Part shown: positions 10,416 through 23,381 of the stretch, piece by piece | Layout of the letters: the number at the start of each line of letters is the position of its first letter | How positions within the stretch are numbered: position 1 is the first letter of the stretch | NCBI GenBank assembly: GCA_009602735.1 | Contig: WELA01003517.1 | Span: forward strand, 418,028-468,055 | Origin: Mesotaenium endlicherianum | Taxonomy: Eukaryota | Length of the DNA stretch: 50,028 bases | Direction: 5' to 3' | Translations under genes and position numbers: made by a program | The notes under the pieces: generated by a model | What the model was told of the DNA's origin: nothing | Seen by the model: the letters and a program-made list of their open reading frames with translations, nothing else | Databases searched by the model: none

Positions 10416-13400
10416 AGAACAATGCCAAAGTCAGGAAAAGACAGTCCCCCCTATCCTACTGCATTGCGTGATTGCAGGTAGGAAGGTGAGGGCATTTGTT
10501 GACGGAGGGGCGTCACATACTTTTATCCACAAGGACTTAGTTGAGCGGCTAAGGCTACCTACTGTCACCCAAGGGAACAGAAAAATATTCCTTGGAGATG
10601 CCTCAAGTATCCCAGGAGGAATCATAATCAAGCCTATTGAGGTCCACTTAGGTTGTGGCATTGCAGTTCTAATTGAAACGCTTACATTTGATGTACTCAA
10701 CACTGGTTTTTATGATCTCGTGCTAGGCAGGTCCTGGCTTAATAGACATCAAGCTGAAGTGTGTTGGAGCAGAGGTACGGTTAAACTGAGAGGAGCCACT
10801 GATGGGCAGATTAACTTGGCACCCACCAGTGCTCTTCCTCTTGTCCTGTATGGATGGCAAATGAAGGAAAAGGAGAGGCTTCCTGGAGGATGCAAATTGC
10901 TGAATGCAATGGAGTTCACCGAAAGCTGGAACCAGAAGGAAGACAGAATGTTCTGTCTGCTGCTAAGAGAGGTACCTCCTCAACCTGAAGAAGTGGTGGA
11001 GAAAAAGGTAAGCCCTCCGGCGCACCCTACTGCTGCAAAAATTGTTGCTCAGTACACGGATGTATTTAATATGCCTCCAGGACTACCTCCTTAGACAGAA
11101 CTAGATCATATGATTGATTTATTACCTGGGAGGCAGCCACCCTGGCACCGCACTTATGGCTTGTCTTATGTGGAGATCGAGGAGTTGAAAACACAGATTG
11201 CAGAGCTTGAGGAAAATGGTTACATTTCTCCCAATAAATCACCTTATGGCGCACCCATGCTATTTTTGAAGGAAAAGGATGGCAGTATGCAGATGTGTGT
11301 GGATTACAGAGCTCTGAACAGAATTACAGTAAAGAACAAGGATGCTTTATCCAGAGTCGAGGACTTGCTTGATACCCTGTCTGGTGCTAAGGTGTTCAGT
11401 AAGATGGATCTCAAAAGGGGTTCTCATCAAATCATAATTGCTGAGGGGGATGAACACAAGACTGCCTTCCGCACACGTTATGGACACTATGAGTTCAACG
11501 TGATGCCATTTGGACTGACTAATGCTCCTGCGACCTTCATGGGTGCTATGAATGACATTTTCAGACCTTATTTGGATAAGTTTGTGCAAGTTTTTATGGA
11601 TAATATTTTAATTTTCTCTAAAGATGAAGCTCAGCACGCTGAACACTTAAAGAAGGTCCTAGACACTTTGAGAAGAAATCACGTATATGCTAAAATGAGC
11701 AAGTGTGATTAAGGAAAGTATTGAATTCTTAGGCCACGTTGTCAGTAAAGAAGGCATCAGTGTGGATCCTAAGAAAGTCCAGACCATAAGGGATTGGCCA
11801 AACCACAGTCTGTCTCTGAAGTTAGATCCTTCCTTGGGTTGGCTAACTGTTATAGGAGATTTATTGAGAATTATTCTACAAAGGCCAGTAAACTGACTGA
11901 CCTTACTAAGAAAGACATAGGGTATGTGTGGGGGGAAGAGCAGCAGGCTGCCTTCCAGACACTTAAAGATGCCCTTTGTTCTGCCTCCGTGCTAGCCGTG
12001 TATGACCCCAGCAAACCGGTGCAGGTGGTTACTGATGCCTCTGATTTTGCCATGGGTGCTATTTTGTTGCAGCCTGCTGACAAAACCACAAAGGATGGTA
12101 AGGTACGGCAGGAGTGGCATCCTGTGTTGTATGAGTCTATGAAATTTAATCCAGCGGAGATTAATTACTCAGTGCATGATAAAGAGCTGCTAGCTATCAT
12201 TCATGTGCTCAAACAGTGGAGAGCATACTTACATGGTAAAGCTTTTAAGGTGATTACANGCTCAAACAGTAGAGAGCATACTTACATGGTAAAACTTTTA
12301 AGATGATTACAGATCATCTAGCTCTGACTCACTTTCAGAAGTCCGAGCTCTCAAGGAGGGAGAACCGCTGGAGCTAGATGCTGGAGCAATTTCAAGTCCA
12401 CATTGACTACAAACCAGGGAAGTTGAATCCTGCTGATGCACTCTCTAGAAGACCTGACTTGCAAAAAATAAACTTTAGTCAGTATGCTGTAGATAAAGTC
12501 CTGTGTGCACTCACTTCACTAAAGGTGAAAAAGTCCTTCCTTGAACAACTTAGAAAAGCCTACCTTTCTGACCCAACATTTGAGCCTAGCCCCACTACTG
12601 GTGTGTGTTGTGCTACTGCACTCGGGTATAAGCTTAAGGGAGGGGTCTGGGTGACTAAAACCACTTCAGGCAGGCTGAAGCTGGTCATTCCTAATAGCTT
12701 GGAAATAAGGTCCCTTTCATTGAGTCAAGCACATGAGAGTTTATTGGGTGGGCATTTGGGGCAGGCCAAAACTGTTGGCAAACTGGCAAAACATTATCAT
12801 TGGGAGGGATTACCTCGGGAGGTCTTGAAATATGTTAAGTCTTGTGACCNTTGTGATCAGTGTCAAAAGAATAAGTTTAGGCACACACCAACTGGGGGGC
12901 TATTACAACCACTACCCATCCCAGCTAGACGCTGGGAATCAATATCCATGGACTGGGTGGTAACACTGCCACGAACTGCCAATGGGCATCATTCGATACT
13001 GGTAGTCGTGGATAAACTGACAAAAATGGTCATTTTCATCCCCACAACTGTCAAAGTAACTGCACTCAAAACAGCGAGACAGTTCTACAACCATGTAGTA
13101 TGCCTACATGGGCTACCCTCTAATATCATCTCAGACAGAGACTCAAAATTTACATTTAAGTCCTGGAGAGCTTTAATGGGGTTAATGGGAGTCAAACAGC
13201 TGCTCAGCAGAACAAAGCACCCTCAGACTGATGGGGAGACTGAAAGAACTAATCGAGTTCTGCAAGAGGTGCTGAGAGCAAACATTAACCAAAAACAAGA
13301 CAATTGGGATGACCTGTTACCTCAAGTCCAATTTGCGGTCAACAGTGCGGTGCACGCATCAACGGGCAAGACTCCTTCTGAACTGAGCCTGGGTAGAGTC

Positions 13401-13565
13401 CCTATGTCTCCTTTAGATGTACTAGGGAAGTCTTTAACTCACCCTGAAGGAATTGACAATCCGATCTCCCTCCAGTTAAACCAGGATTTTGCTGACACCC
13501 TGTCACAAGTCCAACAGAACCTGCACAAAGCCCAGGCAAACCAACAAAAATACGCTAATCAGCAC
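10416..13565 (+). pseudogene. pol: Remainder of the outer-element pol (PR, RT, RNase H, integrase core), disrupted
   Basis: Protease FVDGGAS; RT with mutated catalytic motif VFMDNIL; TDAS; SDRD and DGETERTN. Stop at 11092, frameshift near 11705, further breaks at N positions. The integrase C-terminus is missing. Confidence 0.92.
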
Positions 13566-14011
13566 CTGAAGCTGATCCGAGTGTACTTGGCAGCAGACAA
13601 AGGCAGAAATCCCCAGATGACAGGGGTGCCAGAAGAGGGACACGCGGGGTGGCTAAAGATATGCCGGCCTCTCCCTTCGCTCAGGGGCATGTACCTCTTG
13701 CCAATGTATTTCAGCACCCTACTGGAATGCATGTCTATGTGGGGATCAACACCCAAGTGGTTGAAGAGCAGGCTACCATCCTTCGTTCTCCTCGAGGTCC
13801 AACTTTAGAACAAACGGGGTTCTTTAACCTAGAGGGCTGTCCAGATCTAGGTCCAGATCTTAGTCTCCTGATCCTGAAGCCCCAGGAACAACCCCCTAGG
13901 TGAAAGGCTTGAAAAGCAACTAGTGGGGGAGGCTGGTCAGGTTGAGTTCCCTGACCAAAAACTTCTGCAGTTTAATGTTGTCAAGGCGACATCAAGTTAA
14001 GTTGGAGGGAT

Positions 14012-14730
14012 TGTAATGAATCAGTATATTAGTAAATATAATATTCATTCAAATGTAATAGTTGTTTAAGTTCACCCTACTGAACTTCATGTAGTATTGA
14101 GTCTGCTGGACTTTACATAATTATCAGTTTAAGGACTCAGCCGGAAGCAGCAGGCTGAAGCCAACTTAAGTCAACTTGCTGACACATTCTTTGACAGCCA
14201 GCTAACTTCCGTACTCGGTAGCAGCGAACTGCCTCGATATGCATCTAAGTGTGGTATGCTAGATGAATGGCCAGATGACATCCCTATGATGGATGGCGAT
14301 TCGGGATGATGGGAGATGGCGGTGGATTTGGTTAACCGAGGTCCTACCAACGTGGTTAACTCCCGGGTAGGCGGTGCCATCGCACTGGCCGTTGAACAGT
14401 AAACTCATTCTCTGTACATATGCTAGGCATTGCTCTCGAGTTCGGAATTTGGAAACGAGGCCAACTCTCTTGTACAGCTTACTGAGAGAGATCTGAATTC
14501 AAGGCTAGAAGCCCATGATACGCACTGTCTTCCAACCTTGCTTATGTATGAGTTTACTGATTGCATTATTGATGCTAGTTTACTTGCATTTGACTAACGA
14601 GTATTATTCACTGCTAGTGTGTGGTCCTTTGCTGTTAATTCAATTTACGGAAAATACCATAAAGATTACTTGTTGATATAAAGATCTTTATTTATTGTTA
14701 ATCGCCTAATTGGTAAGACGATTCATTTCA
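14012..14730 (+). repeat. LTR family A copy (3' LTR of the outer element)
   Basis: Preceded by PPT AAGTTGGAGGGAT; TGTAATGA...TCATTTCA ends. Confidence 0.93.
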
Positions 14731-14863
14731 CCATGTCTCCTGTTGTTTTAAGTCTAACGTGACAGCTCCATTAAAAGGCTGCTGCCGAGCTGGCCTGCTT
14801 ATTCAGCGTGGCCGGACTCGTCCGTCGCTAAGCTAGCTGCTGGGTCAGCTCTCTCTAACTTGG

Positions 14864-15606
14864 TGTAATTAATCAGTATATTGGATAGATATGATATTCA
14901 TTTAGACATAATAGTTAAATAAGTTCAGCCTATATAAGTTTAGGCTGAACTGTACTTAGTAAGTCTGTTGGATATTTGATACTTAGTTAAAGGACTCAGC
15001 CGAGAGCAGCAGGCTGCAGTCCATTATGTCAGCCTGTTGACTTGTGTCAGCTTGCTGACACATTCTTTGACAGTCAGCTGGCTGCCGTACTCGGCAGCAG
15101 CGAATTGCCTAACTATGCATCTAAGTGTGGTGTGCTAAATGAGTGGCCAGATGACACCCTTAAGGTGGATGGCGATTGGGATGATGGGAGATGGCTGTGG
15201 ATTTGGTTAGCCGAGTTCTTACCATCTTGGTTGACTCCCAGGTAGCCGGTGCCATCGCACTTGCCGTTGAACAGTAAACTCATTCAATGTACATATGCTA
15301 GGTATTGCTCTCGAGTTCGGTATTTGAAAACGAGGCCAACTCTCTTGTACTGCTTACTGAGAGATATTTGAATCCAAGGCAAGAAGCCATTGATATGCAC
15401 TGTCTTCTAGCCTTGCTTATGTATGAATTTACTGATTGCATTATTGATGCTTCTGTACTTGCATTTGACTTGCGAGTATTGTTCACTGCTAGTGTGTTTG
15501 TCTTTTCACTGTTTAATCCGGTAACAGAAAATCCCATAAAGATTCCTCGCTGATATAAAGATCTTTTTTAATTGTTAATCGCTTATCGGTAAGTCGATTC
15601 ATTTCA
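14864..15606 (+). mobile_element. Solo LTR, family A
   Basis: TG...CA ends; TSD CTTGG at 14859-14863 and 15607-15611. Confidence 0.93.
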
Positions 15607-16375
15607 CTTGGCAATTGCTTAGCTAGCTGTTAGGTCAACTTCCTAGATACGACAGCTTTTGCATGGGTCGTTAGCAGAACCAGGTCGGGTCAGCCTTGCA
15701 GCTGACCACGTTGTCAAAACCCCACCCACTACTGAGTGTGGCTTTTGCCCGTCTTGGTCACGCTTGCGCGCGTCAGAACTTTGACTCTCATCACTGACTT
15801 TGTACATATCAGCAACCTTGGTCGGTGAGTCAACGCTGACTTTCCGTACGTGAAGCAGCCGTGACTTGCGCCACGCGTGCCGCTCGTCGAACTAGTAACA
15901 GTCGCGACAAACGTACTCATTTTTCTGAATATGTGTGATATGTGAAGGTGGCCATGGCCCTGGGTAGGTGCCTTGGAGACGGGCTGCTGGTCGGTGGCTA
16001 TGGCCGGTAAATAACCATTATAACTTTAAACATGCGACATCGTCTGGTTTATAGTCGGTAGGCAAGACATGGTCCGACTAGGTAAGACACGCCATGTACG
16101 ACATATCTGCGCCTGTCGTAACGTAACGTTGGGATTGTTAGTGACGACGCTCTTCATGCTTATTTTCTCCCCCGACTTCAAACAAAAGAGATGACCCCCC
16201 AATGGATGTTAGCGGGCCAAGTTTCGGCTCAGCTTGGCTCAATTAAGTCAGGTCAGTGCTTAATTTTTGTGAAGAGCTTGCAGAGAACGATCATATTCAG
16301 CTACATATATTCCGCCTCTTCTACTTCAGCTGGAAGTACTTTTGCAATTTGTGCTTGGCTCGACCACACTTAAGC

Positions 16376-19131
16376 ATGTTCGGGTTATATAAATGGAGTA
16401 CGTGGAAACGACGGTGGCGCTTTGGTACTCTTGCCAAGGTTGTTGTACTTGTCTGCTGCACAACATACTTCATAGTGAGCCATATGCTTCCGACAGTCTC
16501 TCAGGCAAGGAAGAATTTGCTTCCTTTCCGACCCATACTTGCTGTCTTCTCAAACCTCGTGAATTCTTTCAGGAATTTTTGATGAACTCACTGTACATGC
16601 TTGTCATCATAGCCCAATCATCAATATGAATTTAAATTGAGGAGTTGACTCTCGGGCCTATAAATTTGGAGCTCAGACATAGATTAAAGGACACCTCTAA
16701 AGGCCTCCATATTAAAGCATTCAAAATACTTTCTGAGACTGGCCTGCAACCTTGGCATCATTTCCATAGTCCTGTTTATATCAATCCATGCTTGCGCAGT
16801 ACGTGCTAATAGTCCAAGCCTACCTCCCTAAGGATTGACGAGCCGTAAGGCAGGGAAGACTAAACCTTCCGTGTGCACACCATTCTACCCTCACGCAGCA
16901 CAATTGTGTCCCTCTCTCTGTCATGCCTATTTTCTTGAGAACACGCAGGTGGATAAGGTTGCTCTTTGTCTCGTCGGGGGTGCCCGGGCATTTGAATTGA
17001 CAGGGCTGTCCATCAAGGAGAACCTTCTGGATGCTTATCCAAACTCCGATGTGTTTCTCAACGTGCCAGCTGATGACAACACGCACAAGTTGACCATCCT
17101 TTCCAGGCTGCCCAGGATTGCCTCGCTAGTGGTGTTCCCCCAGGTCCCCATGCGTGAAGATGCAAGCACAGCGCAGCTTCTTAAAGCCAAAGGGTCGCCA
17201 AATGGCGTCCAGGTGAATCCCCACACGGCCCTACACTCCAACCTAAGGATGCGAACTCAAAACACCGTGCCTGATGACCAGGACCTGGAGAGAGGACCCT
17301 GCCCTGCCCTCATGCCCGTTCCTGGCGGGCCTAGGATGCCGCAGAGAGCAGAGCACAGTTGATTGTGGTTTTGACAGGAATTGTGAAGCATGAGATTCCA
17401 ACTGCTGAATGTGGGCAAACCTTTGTTCCCTGCCGCAATAGAGCACAGTCAGGTCTGCCTCGGAACCCTCATGCTGAACGTGGGAGCGCGTTCAAACTGA
17501 TGCGCCTTTGCCTCAGCGTGGCACTCTGATGCCTACAAGTCACCACCAATCTACCGACTGCTTGCTGGTCACGCCCTAGGGTGCCGTTTGAGTGGGCACT
17601 GGCAAGCACAGGGCGAGGGCGGTGCTGCTGCTGGGGTTCTGCTCCTGCATCACAGGTCCCTGATCTCGCCCCTCCCTCTATTTTTGTACCGCCGCTGCTG
17701 CTGCGGCTGCAGGGGCTGCTGCAGTACTTTGACCTCGTGGAGGGGTGCACGCGCCTTATCGAGGAGCACGAGCGTCGGCGCGGCATCAAGTACAAGTGGG
17801 TGTTCCGCACGCGCGTGGACGGCTTCTGGACCAGCAGGTCTCCGCCGCTCCGCTCGCTGGACCCGCACGCCTACACGCTGCCAAACGGCACGGACTCCGG
17901 CGGGCTCAACGACCGCCTGGGGGTGGGCACGCGTGACCTCAGCTTCCGCGCCCTCAGCCGGCTCTCTGTCCTCCCCGCTCTCAAGGACTTGGGCTACAGC
18001 AACCTGAATTCGGAGGCCTCCTTCAGGGAGCATTTGTGGACATACAACATAAGCGTCGGGCGCGCCGAGTTCCCCTTCTGCATCCTGAGCCACCGGCAGT
18101 ACCACTTTCCCGACGGGCCGGTGCCGGTGATCTCCATCGACAGCAGGGGCGCCTTCAATGGCGCCAAGTGCCGGCCCTGCCACCCCGCGGCCACGGGCGC
18201 CGAGGCGCAGCGCCAGCTGGCGCTCGTGGCGGAGTTCCACGGGACGATTGGCGATGGCACAGGCGTGAACCTGTGCAATGCGCAGGGCCCCTGGGAGGTG
18301 AACTGGGACACGCTGTTTGACGCCATCGCGGGCCCCAAGGCTGCGGCTACGCGCAAGTGGATCGTCAGCAGGTCCTTCAAAGAGTGCGTCGCAGAGAACG
18401 TCGCGCTGCAAGCCTCGGTGGCGTCGTACACGGGGCCCCCTCCCGTCGTCCTGTGCCAGCTTTCGCGCTGGGGGGAGGTCCAGAGTGTGGGCGAACCGGG
18501 GGACGAGTGGCCGCTGTACCTCAAAGGGCTGCACCCGCAGAGCGTGGTGTACTCCATCTGCGCCCGGTGCAGCTTGAGTTGGGAGCTTGCGCTGACTGTG
18601 GCGAGGGGGCTGCATCACGTCCACGCGTTCAACTCCTTGCCGCTGGAGCTGCCGGGGGCAACAGAGAAGGAGGTGAAGAGGATGCGCGCCCGCATCGTTG
18701 TGCACGACTGGTGCATAGGCTCCGCGGATGGTGGGCATTGCACCGATGCTGTGTCGGAGCAGCAGGAGCCCACAGGAGGTGCTGCTGCCGAGAACCAGGA
18801 GGAGAAGGCCCCCGCCAGAGTACCTAGGAGGCAACTAAGTGCGTCCCTGTCGGAGCTGGGACACGAGAAGATTGACGTGCTCAAGCTGGACATGGGGACT
18901 ATGACGTTGGAGCTCGTCATGCAGTGGGACATGGAGAACGTGGACTTGCCTGTGTGCCAGCTTCTGCTCAGGTTTGGAAAGGAATGGGCGGCTTCTGTGG
19001 CGGAGGGGTCCAAGGCAAGGGTTGTAGCCGGTTTGAACAGACTAGGGTTGTCACAGATCAAGTGTGTAGGCACTTCTTCTGACGAGCGATGCATCTTTGT
19101 TTCTTCCAAGCACTGTGTTGTTGGACATTGA
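16376..19131 (+). CDS. Plant DUF7796-like type II membrane protein fused to a C-terminal METTL24/FkbM-like methyltransferase domain. Exons 16376-16504 (tentative), 16949-17212, 17713-19131
   Basis: Motifs ALCLVGGARAFELTG, NGVQ|GLLQYF (joined in phase across a GT-AG intron), RTRVDGFW, GGLNDRLG, LNSE and GAKCRPC are recalled from a conserved uncharacterised plant family. The C-terminus has VVYSI...SWE...VHAF and LGHEKIDVLKLD...VCQLL. Exon 1 encodes a basic tail plus a hydrophobic segment. Confidence 0.8.
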
Positions 19132-21636
19132 GAGAGGGTGTTGAGGTAATTTTTATGGGGGATGCTCCTCCCTGCCTGGGCTTCCTGCAGCTATTGCTTT
19201 TTTAGAAGCAATGAAACCCGGTAGGGATATGATTCCCTAGCATAGCAGCAAGGAAGATGGATAAGACGACAAATATATTATGGGCACTTACATGTGAGAT
19301 TTGGCACCTAGAGAACTGTGGTCGTTAGGCACGTGCCTTTGACCTGTTTGAGGCGGGCCAAGCTTTTCTTAAAAAGTCATGCTGCACTATTGTGTCTCAC
19401 AACGTGGTGTCGTTTTCAGCGCGCGCAAATGGTCATATAAGCTCCGCAATCCAGCTTTGCTTTCGAGGCCAATTTGCCAAGTACTTGTGAGAAAGTTGGC
19501 GTTAAGTTCTTGTCTGTGATGGAGAGTAAATGTTCCCATTTTTTGCCGCTTCACTCGCGGATTTGCCCCATCAGGCGTTTTGGTCCAGGGCCGGTCACCA
19601 CTTTTGCCAAGACTTTTGGTTGCTTCAAGCCAGTACTGCGTCTTGCCCACGATACAATGTATAATTACTATGATATCTATACGCACAAGGTAAATTACAC
19701 CTGTGATGACAATTATCCATGCACAGGCCCTACGTGAGTTGGCTTTATTGGTGTTTGCCTTCTTCAGAGGAATGTACTTAGGCGGCTTATATCAATTCCA
19801 CGCGAAGACTCATGATGCTTGGCGTGTCATTGTATCTAAAAAAGGAAGAGAAAGGTGCCACTTCTTTGCACTGGAGAAGCTTCCATGTTCTTGTCTCTCT
19901 TGAAACATCTCCTTGTGAAGTTGACAAAATATTGGAAGGTTGCTCACTCTTTTTTTCTTAGTGGGATTCAAATGAGGCGTCAAGCGTTGAAAGAGCTTAA
20001 GCCCAAAAGATGGTCACTGTACGTGATAGTCACGTGGATTAGATACTGAAAGAGGGGCTTCTTTACGTGCAGAATACAGCCAAAAACTACTGAACATACC
20101 ACTCATAATTGCTCATAATACTCGATACGGAGAAACACGTTACATCAGACCAGCGTTCATGGCGGTTCCACAACGACCTAAAGGTGGACTAACGGTCGAC
20201 TTATACGGCACAAATTGACGTTTCTCGTAACGGAAGCAGACCTTGCGTTGACTAGACTTGACTCGAGTGGCCAAGTTCACTACATGTAAAGTGCACGTTT
20301 TAAGCCATTTTCAGCCATTTTCAGCAATTTTCAGCCAGTCTGAGCCCAACCCATGCTCCCAGATTGAGCAGGAATTCTTCGTCAAAAATCGCGTAGAGTG
20401 CATTTTAGGGCTTGGACGTTTTTTGGCGAAGAAATATTGGCCAACACCCTGTCTTCGGCTTTTTTCGCCCAAACCTTCTCGACACGATGTGTGACAAAAG
20501 ACGTCAGGAGTCGAGCGTGCGGATTCAGATGAACCCGTCACCACATCGTCAAACGCAACCGAACATGGTACCAGGGGTTATCCGGATACAAACAGCGTGT
20601 GGACAAAAAGGAGCCCGCCCAGCGCCAGCCAGCTCAGTCTCCCCTACGTATTAAAAAGGCTGGATATATAATAAAGCGGCACGAGCTACACAGTCAACTT
20701 TCGAGCGTGTGCTCAGCGTACAGGCGTGTGAAATAGATACGTGCGTGCAACCATGTATGCAGCATGTGAGATTTATTTTCTAGTTGGCGCTTAATGCCTG
20801 TGAAAAATGTTATGCTGAAGTAGAGATTGGTGTGTGTTTGCATATGTGTATATGCGGTGGAAAACGTGCATGTGCCAATTTGTGCTTTTGTATTGCTGGC
20901 ACGGGTGCACGCATGCATGCAACCGTTTACCCATGGTATAAGCAAGATAATGTGTCAAGGAAGTGTAAAAGCATTGAATGATACTGCAAGTATGCCCTTA
21001 ACCACATGCGTGGGTGCGTGGGTGCGTGGGTGCGTGGGTGCGTACGCCCGTGCATGCGCACAAGCATTTGTATTGTGCATGCATGTGCAGTTTTAGCTTG
21101 CGGCATGTGTATGTGTATGGTATGTAAGAAAGCGCATATGTGGCCAAGAAATTATGTGTTCATGTGAATGCAAAACAGTTACGCCATGCAGTGGCTTTCA
21201 ACGCGTGCAAATCGTTCAAATCAACATACATGATGAAAGTATCGCAATTTGCCCATATCGCTGCATCCTATTTATAAGCACACATGGAGTATGATGCACT
21301 CAAGCAGGCATGCAAGAGTTGTGTCACAAGCATCGTTTGGAAGCGCATGCGTCTTGCGAGCCAATGCAAATAGAAAATATGCCGATTTGTTTCAATATAA
21401 TCCCATGAAAATTTAACGATTAACATGCTTAATGAACTTACACGGAACATATCACATGATGTTGATTCCTCACCATAACTCACATGTGCTGGCATTGGTA
21501 ATATTGTTCGTAGAAAAGTTAGCTGTCTATCTTATTTTACCATATCAAGTGTAAGATGAACAACTTCAAATAGAAAAAATAAATAATTGATAACATAGTT
21601 CTCAAAACTAATATTGGATCACATAATCAACACATA

Positions 21637-21672
21637 CTCTCTCTTCCTCTCTCTCTTCCTCTCTCTCTCTCC

Positions 21673-21723
<51 letters not shown>
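21637..21723 (+). repeat. (CT)n + (CA)n compound microsatellite
   Basis: Directly visible in the sequence. Confidence 0.95.
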
Positions 21724-21725
<2 letters not shown>

Positions 21726-21727
21726 AC

Positions 21728-21958
21728 TGTAGCGATATAAGTTAGTCTATATTAGTTGGTTTTTATATTCTAACGCTTTTGAATAATTGTGAAGTAATTT
21801 TGTGTGGATTCAAGTGTGAATAGATACTCTAGTGACTTGGTTCATGTCATTTGAACCTTCTAAGGCAATGTCGAAGTTAGAAGAATGGCCTAGAAGAAAT
21901 CCATGGAGCAAAGGTCAAATAGGGCATTTTATGTCAAAAGGACATGTGTACATAATTC
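21728..21958 (+). repeat. Truncated, diverged 5' half of an LTR family B copy
   Basis: TGTAGCGAT... aligns by eye with 3721-~3950 (e.g. CAAGTGTGAATAG, CTTGGTTCATGTC, GTCAAAAGGACATGTGTACAT). Confidence 0.88.
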
Positions 21959-22324
21959 TGTCATAGCTGATGCTGTCGAGCCCGTTCAGTGTCCAGTTAA
22001 TGGGGGGAAGGGTTGAAGGGTGATGGCAGGTCTTAGTGGTTAGTCGGGTTAGGGATGGTAGGTGAGGAAGGTTCAGTTCATAGGCAGTGGAGCACTTGGA
22101 CCTATGATCCGCTCTTGAGGTTCTGCTACTGAGCAGCTGTGAGGCACTGTCCGGATCCCGCGCACACCTCCTCCCTCCACGTGTGTTGCTGCCCCCCGCA
22201 CATGTGGAGGTTGGCCCACAAGTTCCCTCGCTTGTTGGGTTGACGCTGGTACCAAATGGGAGCTCTAGCCGTCCGTGACTGAGTCTTCATGTACAATAGG
22301 CGATCCCGTGGGTGTGTCCACGAC

Positions 22325-23068
22325 TGAAATGAATTGACTTACCTATAGTGGATTAACAATTAATAAAGATCTTTATATCACTGAGTAATCTTGATGGTAT
22401 TTTTTGTTAGTTGATTGAACAGCAAAAGTCAAACGTACTAGCGGTGGACAATACTCGCAAGTCAAATGCAAGTGATTGAGCATCAATAATGCAATCAGTA
22501 AACTCATATATAAGCAAGGCTAGAACATAGTGCGTATTAATGGCTTCTCGTCTTGGATTCATATTTCTCTTAGTAAGCAGTACAAGAGCGTTGGCCTCGT
22601 TTCCAAATGCCGAACTCGAGAGCAGTGTCTAGCCTATGTACATGGAATGAGTTTACTGTTCAACGGCAAGTGCGATGGCGCCGCCTACCCGAGAGTTAAC
22701 TACGATGGTAAGACCTCGTCTAACCAAATCCACAGCCATCTCCCATCATCTCGAATCGCCATCCACCTTAAGGTTGTCATTTGGCCACTCGTCTAGCACA
22801 CCACACTTAGATGCATAGCTAGGCAGTTCGCTGTTGCCGAGTACGGCAGCCAGCTGACTGTCAAAGAATGTGTCAGCAAGTTGACACAAGTCAACAGGCT
22901 GGCCTAATGGACTTTAGCCTGCTGCTTTCGGCTGAGTCATTTAACTTAATATTAAGTATCCAACAGGATTAAATCCAGTAGACTAAATATTAATTGAAGT
23001 TGAGCAGGCTTATTCAACTTTTATATCTAAATGAATATTAAATATATCCATTATATTGAATCATTACA
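22325..23068 (-). mobile_element. LTR family A copy, inverted, no TSD
   Basis: Reverse complement resembles 14864-15606; flanks ACGAC and CTTTG differ. Confidence 0.9.
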
Positions 23069-23381
23069 CTTTGTCTCCATCTAAGTTGGAGGGGGAGTGA
23101 CAATTAACCTTACACCGACTGTGGTGCTGAAATGACAAGTTCGTCGCATATTGTGGGTTACATAAGCATTAGACACTGCATAGCGTCTTGCTTGCACACA
23201 ACTCAATCAGCAATTTTTTGTGCCCTCTTCCTATTTGCAACGTTATTTATTCCACTTTACTACACCGTACGAAGAAACTATAGCTATTATGCAATTATCA
23301 AATTTGTTGCTCTAAAAGCTGTGTCACATTGGATAGTATCTTCATGCTTTGAAATGCACGTTACATTCGTCCCGGCCACAC

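Larger units (their letters stand above)
1503..14730 (+). mobile_element. Degenerate Ty3/gypsy LTR retrotransposon (outer element, LTR family A), interrupted by a nested element
   Basis: LTRs TGTAATGA...TCATTTCA at 1503-2224 and 14012-14730. PBS at 2226-2237, gag, PR-RT-RH-IN domain order, and PPT AAGTTGGAGGGA just before 14012. The flanks do not form a TSD. Confidence 0.9.

Noticed and set aside
12218..12312. Local duplications around single Ns (also 10384 and 12850)
   Set aside because: Pattern typical of contig-join or gap-closing artefacts, so these frameshifts and the LTR length difference may not be real.
17650..18834. 394-aa minus-strand ORF
   Set aside because: Antisense shadow of a GC3-rich exon; no motifs.
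20694..21096. ORFs duplicated at 27049-27729
   Set aside because: They are the two TIR arms of the foldback element, low-complexity TG/CA-rich and without protein motifs.
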